A DNA stretch of 64,000 nucleotides from a virus. A program made the position numbers and the translations under genes. Below, piece after piece: positions 58,101-64,000 of this stretch (its first letter is position 1; each line of letters begins with the position of its first letter). The stretch lies in IMG/VR virus record IMGVR_UViG_3300005991_000001. One strand, 5' to 3'. A model generated the notes under the pieces. That model made no database searches, was not told the origin of the DNA, and saw only the letters and a program-made list of their open reading frames with translations.

Positions 58101-60567
58101 GGTCATTATTATAGTACAATGATTGAAGTGAATGGAGTGTTTTTACCCGTTTGAAATACTCTTTTTCTTCCTTTGAAAGCGACAATCCTAATGCTTCAAT
58201 ATCGAACGCATCACGCACACGCTGACCGTATTTATCAAGAATACTTTCATCAACTCCATTTGCTTTTCCAAATTCTTTAGTGTCTTTTTCAAGTTCAGTA
58301 TAAAACATATCAAACTGCTGTTTTGGAGTAAGATTTTTTGGAATACTTCGCCAAATAGCTTTTGTAGTTGGTGTGGAAAATTCAGAAACGGTTTTCGCTG
58401 TTTCTTGTGGTTCGGTAAGAAAGAAATTTCGTGAGTTTCCTTTTAATTTATCTCTTTCGGAAACCAAATAATCACGCTTGTTTTCTGCTTCTTTTATTTG
58501 TGGTGTAAGGTTGAAAACATCTAAAATACTTTCGCCTTTTGATATATCGTACTCCATATTATCAACACGTTCTTTCATCCTGTTAATAGTGGTGTTATAT
58601 CTACGAATCTTATCTTCAACCCCAATAACTTCGTCATTTACACTATTGTAAGTCGATTCTTCAAGTGCTTGTATTTGACCTTGAAAACCTGCTAATTTCG
58701 TGTTTACAAACTTCAATTCTTTTGGGTCAGTAATGTTTATTTCAACTTGTCCGTTTTCGCCAACCTTGATTTTACCCCTATCAATGTATTCCTTCATGAA
58801 ATTATACATCGAAAGTTGGATGTCAAACTTCTGTTTTACTTGCTCAAAATTATCTGTTGCATTAGATGAACTTCCCTTTGCAATTTTAGAGTTGATTGAT
58901 CTTGTTTTGTGTTCAACCATTAATTCATCTAAACTAATTCCTTTTCCATTGGCTTCGTTTATATTATTGTTGATCCGTTGGGATTTTTCAATAAATTTTT
59001 TGCTTTCATCAATTTTTTCAGTAATCCTTTTTTTATTTGTAATAGGGTCTTTAAGCAAGGATTTCACTTCGGATTGATAATCTCCAAGTTGACCCTGTTG
59101 ATCAGGGCTTAAAATTACCCCCTCGGATTTAAACCACTCCCCTAAATTCTTTTCAGTAAAATTTTTAGCTTCAGGAAGAAATGTAGAAACGTAATCAGTT
59201 TCATTGATTAATTTAGATAGTTCTTTTGTTGCTTGTTGTTTTTCATATTCAAGAGTTATTGGGTCTTTTCCTTTTTGAGAAACATGAAATCCAAGTGATT
59301 TTTCCATTGCTTCATCAAACTTTTGTTTGGGCGTTTCTTTTGTTGGTACAGGAAATTCAATTGTGTTTTTTCCAATTGAGTTTTGATAACCTAGAATCTT
59401 ATTTTGCTCCTTGTCAAAAGTGTCGTTTACTTGTTTTATTTGTTGGGGTGTTCGTGCTGAATTAAGTTGTAGTTGTCTAGCTTGATCTACTTCACCTAAC
59501 CTTTGTTCAAAGTAAAATTTATCAGTACCTGAATCAGGTAGTTCAATTTCAAGCCCTTTTTGTCTTGGGGTAGAAAATAAAGTTTGAGCCACATTACTGC
59601 GATCAATTACAGGTGTACCGTCTGAATAAAAGCTTTGCGCTTGTGCAAAACCTCGTGTTGGAACACCAAGCCCTGATTGAGTCAATATTTTTGCCGAAGT
59701 GGTTATATTTTTAGCCGTTTCATCTGTTGGTTTTTTGGTTTTTGTTCCCCATTGTCGGTCAAGGGCAGAAATTGAACCAATATTTGTTACTGGATAAAAT
59801 GATTCATCATTTCCTTTTTCTCGTTTTTCCCATAAATCATTTGTTCTACGGTACTCATATTTATTTTGCTTACCATTTTCATCTGTATAGGAATAACTGC
59901 CGTTAAATGGCTTTGCTTGTGTTTTGTGAAGTTTGTTTAGTGCATCAACCGATCCTTGATTTTCAACACTAAACCATTCACTATCTATTCCTTTTTTCTT
60001 TTTCTGCCAAACGCCATTTGTAATTCTGTATTCGTTTTCAGGCTTATCAGGATATGAATAAATCTTTTTTTCTATGCTTGGTAATTTTTGCTCAATTTTT
60101 TTAGGTTGAATTATAGGTTTTGTAGTGGTTGTGTTTATTGGATTTGATGCGCTCCCTATAACAGATTCAGCGGGCATAGAAAAGCTATCTTCAATCTCGG
60201 ACGGATTACCTAAAACCGAAGAAGCAGGAATCGAAAAATCATCTTCTTGATCATCTATCGGGTTTTCTATTGCTTGTTGTGGATCACTTTCTACGTTAAT
60301 GTCAGAAATTGACTGTATATCACCTGCGATACTATCAGGGTCAACCGTCTGCGGAATCGCTTGTGGAATTGGTGGTAATTCGGTTCTTGCTGCCTCTTGC
60401 TCCGTTGGAACAGTAGCAACAATAGGTGGTGTTTGAGTTGTGTCAATTGGTGCTTCCGAAGCAGGTGTTATGTTTATTGGTAGAGGTGCTTGTACCGTGG
60501 TATCTTGTTGTTGTAGTGTTTGCCCTTCTCCTGCTGTTTGGGTTTCCATAACCTGTAACTTTGCCAT
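52126..60567 (-). CDS. giant virion-associated protein (putative internal/ejection protein, gp16-position)
   Basis: Uninterrupted 2813-aa ORF. P/Q/T-rich N-terminus, two tandem repeats of about 50 aa (59749-60060), long helical middle, and several hydrophobic helices in the C-terminal third. Follows the 247-aa and 711-aa genes. Confidence 0.8.
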   Translation of the reverse strand: MAKLQVMETQTAGEGQTLQQQDTTVQAPLPINITPASEAPIDTTQTPPIVATVPTEQEAARTELPPIPQAIPQTVDPDSIAGDIQSISDINVESDPQQAIENPIDDQEDDFSIPASSVLGNPSEIEDSFSMPAESVIGSASNPINTTTTKPIIQPKKIEQKLPSIEKKIYSYPDKPENEYRITNGVWQKKKKGIDSEWFSVENQGSVDALNKLHKTQAKPFNGSYSYTDENGKQNKYEYRRTNDLWEKREKGNDESFYPVTNIGSISALDRQWGTKTKKPTDETAKNITTSAKILTQSGLGVPTRGFAQAQSFYSDGTPVIDRSNVAQTLFSTPRQKGLEIELPDSGTDKFYFEQRLGEVDQARQLQLNSARTPQQIKQVNDTFDKEQNKILGYQNSIGKNTIEFPVPTKETPKQKFDEAMEKSLGFHVSQKGKDPITLEYEKQQATKELSKLINETDYVSTFLPEAKNFTEKNLGEWFKSEGVILSPDQQGQLGDYQSEVKSLLKDPITNKKRITEKIDESKKFIEKSQRINNNINEANGKGISLDELMVEHKTRSINSKIAKGSSSNATDNFEQVKQKFDIQLSMYNFMKEYIDRGKIKVGENGQVEINITDPKELKFVNTKLAGFQGQIQALEESTYNSVNDEVIGVEDKIRRYNTTINRMKERVDNMEYDISKGESILDVFNLTPQIKEAENKRDYLVSERDKLKGNSRNFFLTEPQETAKTVSEFSTPTTKAIWRSIPKNLTPKQQFDMFYTELEKDTKEFGKANGVDESILDKYGQRVRDAFDIEALGLSLSKEEKEYFKRVKTLHSLQSLYYNNDLGFTKESGGFWESFTNGLAKGLKPSTSEAEGYLSQTEAAKVIKQTIESEGFDKADVVAATKLNDLKKRGETSWASLEGFGEMTGQTAAIVGQIVVSAPALGAPMGLLKGGVRLVGLIDKAQDTQKIIKGIETTTKAFDDYLFNSTKTGRFIKQPIEQGLQFEIAGEVFNDPNNELQFLQGFVGTLGANSLIKLYGTTKKALGLTQSIFGESTPKAVSVFQQIVARGSGEVTEESLQELTSIYNDELRTRGFWDEVGERYGNMDNVMQLVVSSFIMGGAFGLATPQSSQDIYDDLPKEKQAVVDNVVQEVMDDVMDANIEADEVAKDVSEKIIIQEEINKTATKVGSEVGGKSKTEKVEPIGKPEQLDEKQTIIENGKTENKGASDLGDSGSNQEAKGKRIAIEQIKNPTAKEAVQKDVFTPEEKTMQYFIGGGKINSSVIESIYGNKKDKPTKGEIHSRIGLMNNKSGQTIEGLADLLWNQNKDALPQFDSTDYRNAIESVVSQNLGTRSMIDSVSKQVSEEDYYVQKYGEIGELQPEFIDEAETFFDALSDEEKQSYFDQEQISEEAFIGQYERADAVEEKSVVKDSLITESTDAKNTTIKQNTKFTEVKSLIEKIPAEFKGDEDITQFTVNQQTGKPIATELKELFDKGEITEDEYLAEKYNLDSAKQRYTTAGQVKLREVEAKSKGESVKTTKPQIDLEEVVSEPYGWEDDSDVYMNPQSTQRRGEAPRFMNKVQELLGENFKNIDVQTDRGAFVSNAKRLGKDPKIAAFVDSKTGTIYLNPDKANENTAIEEYAHIWMDLAEQVDSSILEKGKSLIENSEAGKAYIDEVMNDKGYSDIHSNKTAVQKEALAKMISDRGYKIVNDKNDKPLRTWLKDFWRAIAKKLGLVSGKINTNTDTLEQYVDKIARELLNGKSVSNMTKEQFAQIYDKTKTPQLKIEQGILSELGNADKLRIWFRDKLIPLSRGANKAIVEQVQKTQGLVSKVNKKGEFILKDLKKGLDNYLNAIGDTSIETRKATLENVQKALTDVKFRSEFFADPNVEEYLQNPIQNMRNMVTSLSRLLRASGIVSKDSDLIVTMTANMDIYLNKSYKARTVGGYDWKKSLTPQQVEMAYDWVNKKVNVARSVKYKKSKEGSKNVYEISFLSPLGVESQTLKFDGKKEMQNYIDQLTYVGLDSPVIERVDTIFSDSEGTHAFGNNISMQSAGVNLPVMTTEQINAFLDEMTSVEEEKTTDLYTKNGLTKTQASAFMKKTEMDAEYDMIMGAVTDPMINFAKTIVKQADILYKTQLEKTILKDAPHLFSGTQTATNSIKIPKSQSLNLGEKWTTPEFYNFMFAAGQRRFFSSAHKGLGETDKLPFGIEMLNNKQGNALLSALTFLSAATKKNLTVRSPSSNARNVLGAFEAMIKMGEFPSFNAKKGVKTAGALREDFDMGFTGKKIFGRKFVPKTDAVAGYMYNAVTTLVTSFAEMTANNKTANRKLIQELVQQRILNTSLDANLINDMSKVYTKEGEIDKAFVDGVMNSINQRYKKFSDSENKSYQFSDNIPKALAYLSLKNKYAQTYGNLFRKQGMSETMVQQKIKEMASSAVRNQMPNYEMTPELVREISKNPFIGTFVMFGFSSMRNDVQILKNIGELIRDKKEMKSAGLDVEVGKMNEIIAKKLAGFAMVNTFTQALVKYAPKILIGLGIIGSMKDWGDDEDEALRSLASDYRKYNSLLVTGGDGKSTVQYIDLSNIDVQNQWQKLYIASKEDGFSAGLGTILEPYSSGDIGLNILIDIYNGESEYGKSIGKGENMGVNALKGAGYFLNEMTRNSIIGQAEKMKKGFFNEKSEYEQFTLQNEMSSWFLGLKTKTIDIPKSFKSKMRSVSFQIQKSNDELKKYISQGDSEFSVDNEKEAVINTINESVKKASEMVYSMRKLNYSPEEIGTLLEFTKADANGVERRQIPDYIVDKLLNGEKFELDEKGDILKPDRRKNGNSDSFSFDFGGF

Positions 60568-60593
60568 GCTTGTAAATTTTTAGTGTAAAGATA

Positions 60594-60601
60594 CAAAACT
60601 A
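60594..60601 (-). promoter_or_regulatory. candidate -7 box for the giant ORF
   Basis: Minus strand TAGTTTTG, 27 nt upstream of the ATG at 60567. Confidence 0.4.
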
Positions 60602-60621
60602 TTAAGTTTAGAAATTAAAAG

Positions 60622-60656
60622 AAAAATCCGACCTCATGCAAGATCGGACTTTTTTA
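60622..60656. terminator. hairpin with T-runs on both strands between the 711-aa and giant genes
   Basis: TCCGA (60627-60631) / TCGGA (60644-60648), flanked by AAAAA and TTTTTT. Short stem. Confidence 0.35.
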
Positions 60657-60740
60657 CCTAACAATTTTTATTAATTTAAAAAAATTAAATCATAAAAACA
60701 AATACATTGCAAACATACAAATTAATTTCTAATTACCAAA

Positions 60741-62876
60741 CTATTCAGGAACTTTATTTAATTGATTTGTTTTTGATTCTTCACCAACACCAAGTATTGA
60801 TTGACCTACTTCGCTTGAATTATCGGTGATTAAATGAACTTTGAATGAGGATTTTCTTTGTTTTGTTGCATCTGTTCCTTTTTCTTTAACCCCTTGGTCA
60901 AAGAACACGCTTCCCGAAGTTCCAACCATGTTATGAACCGAACTATTACCATTAAGATTAGCCCTGTCTATTGGTGTATATACGTTTTTATCTGTGTCAA
61001 GTTTGGCATCATAACCATATCTATCCTCCATGTAAATAGAAATGTTTTGATTGTTCAAAATTTGTGTAGCATCGTCACGGTCTTGCTTAGTAAAGCTTGT
61101 ACCATCTTCTTTTTTTAATTCATTGTAGTGTTCCGATAAATAGTTAAGCGGTACAGATTTTTTAGTTCCATTTTTACCAACAACATAAACGAATGCGGTT
61201 CTTGAATCACCGCCCATTATTCTTGTTTGATCGGACGGCTTGCCTGTGACTTTATTTAAGTCGTATGTTTCAAATCCAAGTACAGGTTTCCCGTTTCTAT
61301 CTGTGCGAGGTGTAAGTCCTCGTTTTGAATATTCTTCTCGAATAATTTTAGTTTTTTGTTCGGTTGTTGCGCTTGTACCTATTGACTTGATGCGTTCAAC
61401 TGCGCTACTCGATGCTTCTGTTGATGCTTCGTTTACTGTATTATAGAACTGTTTTGAATCCCTTTCATCTTTGAATTTCTCCCATCCAAATTTAGCACGT
61501 TCCAAATCATCATTAGCAACCGTATCTTGTTTTACCTCTACTTTTGATCCAATTTTTGAAACTAATAATTCAGCAAATTGCGCTTTCATTTCATCGTTTT
61601 CTTTGTCAGAATATCCACGGTAAAAATTATTATTTTCCCATTCGTTATCAACTAACTTCTTCAAATCTTCGGTATCAAAATAAGTAGCCATTACAGACAT
61701 ATATTTATCATACCCTGATCCCTTGCTATATTTAAAGGCTTTATTAGCGTTGGTTATATAGTTTGAGTCGGTGGTCATTTTATTTGGGTTAAGCGGACGA
61801 ATGGTTAACCCTGTTTCTTTTATTTGATCTGCTAATTCATCACTTCTTTTAGTAATGTTATCGTAAGACTTCATTTTTTCAGCAATCTGTGGAAATTTAC
61901 CGCCCTCTTTTAAAAAGTCCTCCAAATTCAATTTTCCTGTTTGCCACTCACTTAGCAATGTGATTGATTCAGATGGAAGTTTTCTACCGTCCATGAGGTC
62001 TTTTTGAAGTTTTTGAGCAATCGTATCAACGTATGTAATTTCCTTTGCTTGGTTTTGTAGTTTTGTTACGGATTTAAAGTATTCACGGCTCAATTCAGAT
62101 TTGCCGTTAGCTAATTCGGAATAGTCGTAATTTGCAGCTTTTAAATAGTAATCACCAACACCCATAACCATATCACTTAATTGTGCTTGGTATTGTGGTG
62201 CTGTATCAATATTTAATTGTGATACTTTTTGAGCAATTGCAGCTTTTTCTTTAGCTGCTGCTTGAACAGCTCTTTTACGTGCATCACGTAATCCAAAAGG
62301 AAGTTGACCGCCTTTAGCAACAAAAATATCTACATTACCTATCTTTTTACCTGAATAACCACCTACTCGAATATTATCGTTTCCAAGTGAGGGAAAGTAT
62401 TGCTGAACACCTAGAGCTTCGATTGCTGGTTCTGATGCGCTTCTTTTTTCATCCAACTGTTGTTGCGTAAAGGCATCAATAATTCTTTGTCGTTGTTCGG
62501 GTGGATATTGCATCATCGTGTTTTGCAATCCCATATCTAATTGGTCTGTGGTAAACTGTGGTTGCCCTTGGTTGGTGGGTGTGAGGTTTAAATTTGAAAA
62601 AGCACCTGCTTTAAGAATAGTTCTTTCTTGTTTGATTTGGTCTTTGGCTGTATTTGTGAGGTCGCCAAGCGTTTGTGCGCCTTGAATTACTTGTTGAACT
62701 TCATCAGGCGTTTTAGCTTGTCCTATCGTACTCTCAATAAGATGATGTTGCGGATTTACTAATCCATCATCTGTCTGTGTAAACTCGGTTACATCGGGAG
62801 TAAATTGATTTTGATTGAACGTTGTTGGCTTAGAAATAGCATCCAACAAACCTTTCATTTTGCTATTATTAGCCAT
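60741..62876 (-). CDS. large virion protein (putative internal/ejection protein, gp15-position)
   Basis: 711-aa ORF between the Gly-zipper protein and the giant ORF. No motif recognised. Confidence 0.7.
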   Translation of the reverse strand: MANNSKMKGLLDAISKPTTFNQNQFTPDVTEFTQTDDGLVNPQHHLIESTIGQAKTPDEVQQVIQGAQTLGDLTNTAKDQIKQERTILKAGAFSNLNLTPTNQGQPQFTTDQLDMGLQNTMMQYPPEQRQRIIDAFTQQQLDEKRSASEPAIEALGVQQYFPSLGNDNIRVGGYSGKKIGNVDIFVAKGGQLPFGLRDARKRAVQAAAKEKAAIAQKVSQLNIDTAPQYQAQLSDMVMGVGDYYLKAANYDYSELANGKSELSREYFKSVTKLQNQAKEITYVDTIAQKLQKDLMDGRKLPSESITLLSEWQTGKLNLEDFLKEGGKFPQIAEKMKSYDNITKRSDELADQIKETGLTIRPLNPNKMTTDSNYITNANKAFKYSKGSGYDKYMSVMATYFDTEDLKKLVDNEWENNNFYRGYSDKENDEMKAQFAELLVSKIGSKVEVKQDTVANDDLERAKFGWEKFKDERDSKQFYNTVNEASTEASSSAVERIKSIGTSATTEQKTKIIREEYSKRGLTPRTDRNGKPVLGFETYDLNKVTGKPSDQTRIMGGDSRTAFVYVVGKNGTKKSVPLNYLSEHYNELKKEDGTSFTKQDRDDATQILNNQNISIYMEDRYGYDAKLDTDKNVYTPIDRANLNGNSSVHNMVGTSGSVFFDQGVKEKGTDATKQRKSSFKVHLITDNSSEVGQSILGVGEESKTNQLNKVPE

Positions 62877-62885
62877 ACCTTTTCT

Positions 62886-63629
62886 TTAAAAACTATATGT
62901 GTTTGTTCCACCACTTCCTAAAAACGGATCGCCACTTGGTGTCATTACTTGTTTTAATCCTGTATCTGATGTACTTGATGTTGTGGTTGGGGCAGAAGGC
63001 GCTTTCATGGTTGCGCCTGATTTTCCCATTTCATCAAAAACTTTCATCAATCCAACACCTGTGTTTTGCTTGTCTTCGGTGGTTTGTTGTGCTGCCTCGG
63101 CTGATTTTTGACTAAACCTAAGTAGTGATACTTCAAGTCTGCGTTGTGCTATGTCGGTTGTTAATGCCGTTTCTTGTGATCCATACTGTAATGCACCCTG
63201 AATACCTTGTGCATTTAATCCTGAAACTCCTTGTTGGTACATTTGAGAAAGTTGATTCAATCCACGAACAGTTGCTCCGTATTTAAAGGCGTTCGTAATC
63301 CCACCTTTAAAACCTTGTCTTAATCCTGCTCGATCAAGATTGTCCGCTGTTCCTGTCATGTAAGCTCGTTTTCTTCGAGCAAAAAATCTTTGTAACGCTC
63401 TTTCTTCGGGGTCTTCTTGTTGAATCGCATCCATAGCTTTATTAGCTTGGTTTCGTTTTGCACCCGAATTAATACCCCCGATAATCGCACCCGCTGTCGC
63501 TCCAACCGCACCACCAACAACATTTCCAACGCCAGGAACAACCGAACCTAATACTGCGCCTATACTCGCCCCTTTTACTGCTCCTGCTCCTGCGCCTGAT
63601 GCCGCTGCCATTCCTACTCCGTCTGCCAT
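62886..63629 (-). CDS. Gly/Ala-rich membrane-interacting protein (putative internal virion protein, gp14-position)
   Basis: 247 aa. The N-terminal 60 residues are a glycine-zipper-like hydrophobic segment (GAGAGAVKGASIGAVLGSVVPGVGNVVGGAVGATAGAIIGG). Confidence 0.65.
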   Translation of the reverse strand: MADGVGMAAASGAGAGAVKGASIGAVLGSVVPGVGNVVGGAVGATAGAIIGGINSGAKRNQANKAMDAIQQEDPEERALQRFFARRKRAYMTGTADNLDRAGLRQGFKGGITNAFKYGATVRGLNQLSQMYQQGVSGLNAQGIQGALQYGSQETALTTDIAQRRLEVSLLRFSQKSAEAAQQTTEDKQNTGVGLMKVFDEMGKSGATMKAPSAPTTTSSTSDTGLKQVMTPSGDPFLGSGGTNTYSF

Positions 63630-63712
63630 GATTTTGTAATTTGATTCAAAGGTACTAATAAATATTAAAGTAATATTTTTGATCAGATTTGTTTAGTGCT
63701 TAGAAAACTTTT

Positions 63713-64000
63713 TTACTTCAAATTCTTATACTGAACCCCTGTACTGGAAACCAAAAAACCTTCATCCTCCGAACTTATTATGTTAAATAGAACTACCCTA
63801 CCCTGTTGTCTATTGAATGGAGAAAGTGCTTTTCTTGGTACATAACATTCATACCCGAAGTAGTCTTTAATGGCATATTCAAGAGCAACGCTATCAACAA
63901 TTGATGATGGAACGCTTGTTAAATATTGTTCGTATGAATCAAAAAACTCAATCTGTTCGGGCTTAGAATTACTGTTTACACGAATCCGAACAAACTCTTT
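63713..64000 (-). CDS. hypothetical late protein, C-terminal part only (ORF enters from the right edge)
   Basis: Hand translation of the minus strand from base 64000 (KEFVRIRVNSNSKPEQIEFFDSYEQYL...GVQYKNLK) is open until the TAA at 63713-63715. Absent from the complete-ORF track. Confidence 0.45.
   Translation of the reverse strand, partial: KEFVRIRVNSNSKPEQIEFFDSYEQYLTSVPSSIVDSVALEYAIKDYFGYECYVPRKALSPFNRQQGRVVLFNIISSEDEGFLVSSTGVQYKNLK

Noticed and set aside
52848-59465. Many 60-170-aa ORFs on the plus strand, plus two minus-strand alternative-frame ORFs, inside the giant gene (for example 53591-54100, 54206-54577, 57336-57752, 58700-59077)
   Set aside because: All lie wholly inside a continuous 2813-aa reading frame. 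They have low-complexity or hydrophobic 'shadow' composition and no start-site signals, so they are antisense or alternative-frame artefacts.
52126-60567. Giant ORF as a crAss-like or N4-like virion RNA polymerase
   Set aside because: I scanned the sequence by eye for DxDxD-type catalytic motifs or T7-like polymerase motifs and found none. Host-type TAnnTTTG boxes precede early and late genes alike. This rejection is tentative and needs profile or structure searches.
1-64000. All TAnnTTTG matches as promoters
   Set aside because: With this base composition I estimate several dozen chance matches per strand. Only those in intergenic DNA, correctly oriented and within about 120 nt of a start codon or RNA element were kept, and even those are given modest confidence.

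Overview
AT-rich window that appears to be most of a tailed dsDNA phage genome, podovirus-like by gene order and larger than the window, since ORFs run off both edges. Expression signals look Bacteroidota-type: many TAnnTTTG -7 boxes just upstream of genes and A-rich, Shine-Dalgarno-poor start regions. Layout: (i) 1-12.8 kb, minus-strand packaging and head module (Zn-ribbon protein, HNH, wHTH protein, large terminase, fibre-like protein, portal, acidic scaffold, putative capsid), interrupted at 7.4-8.1 kb by a plus-strand XRE-HTH two-gene cassette. (ii) 12.8-13.6 kb, gene-free divergent control region full of short repeats. (iii) 13.6-19.0 kb, plus-strand early block of small ORFs, including a RadC-like JAB protein, an Ala/Tyr tandem-repeat protein and a CHAP lysin. 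(iv) 19.1-23.1 kb, minus-strand block with an N6/N4 DNA methyltransferase. (v) 23.4-44.5 kb, plus-strand recombination, replication and DNA-modification block (YqaJ exonuclease, compact C5-methyltransferase, HNH, replisome organizer, DnaB, ASCH, PAPS-reductase-like PP-loop enzyme, PD-(D/E)XK nuclease, DUF3127-like, NinG-like and SSB-like proteins). (vi) 44.5-50.6 kb, minus-strand holin-like and tail-fibre genes. (vii) 52.1-64.0 kb, minus-strand genes of 247, 711 and 2813 aa that resemble an internal-virion (ejection) protein set. I saw no rRNA, CRISPR array, integrase, DNA polymerase or RNA polymerase. The most unusual content is non-coding. There are four tRNA-like or T-loop-bearing elements, none of which I can fold as a canonical tRNA. 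There are three promoter-plus-terminator small-RNA candidates. A 21-nt motif occurs five times, four of them inside a roughly 52-nt bipartite module. A cluster of iteron-like repeats lies inside the replication-organizer gene. Most functional calls rest on motifs read by eye or on synteny and need database confirmation.
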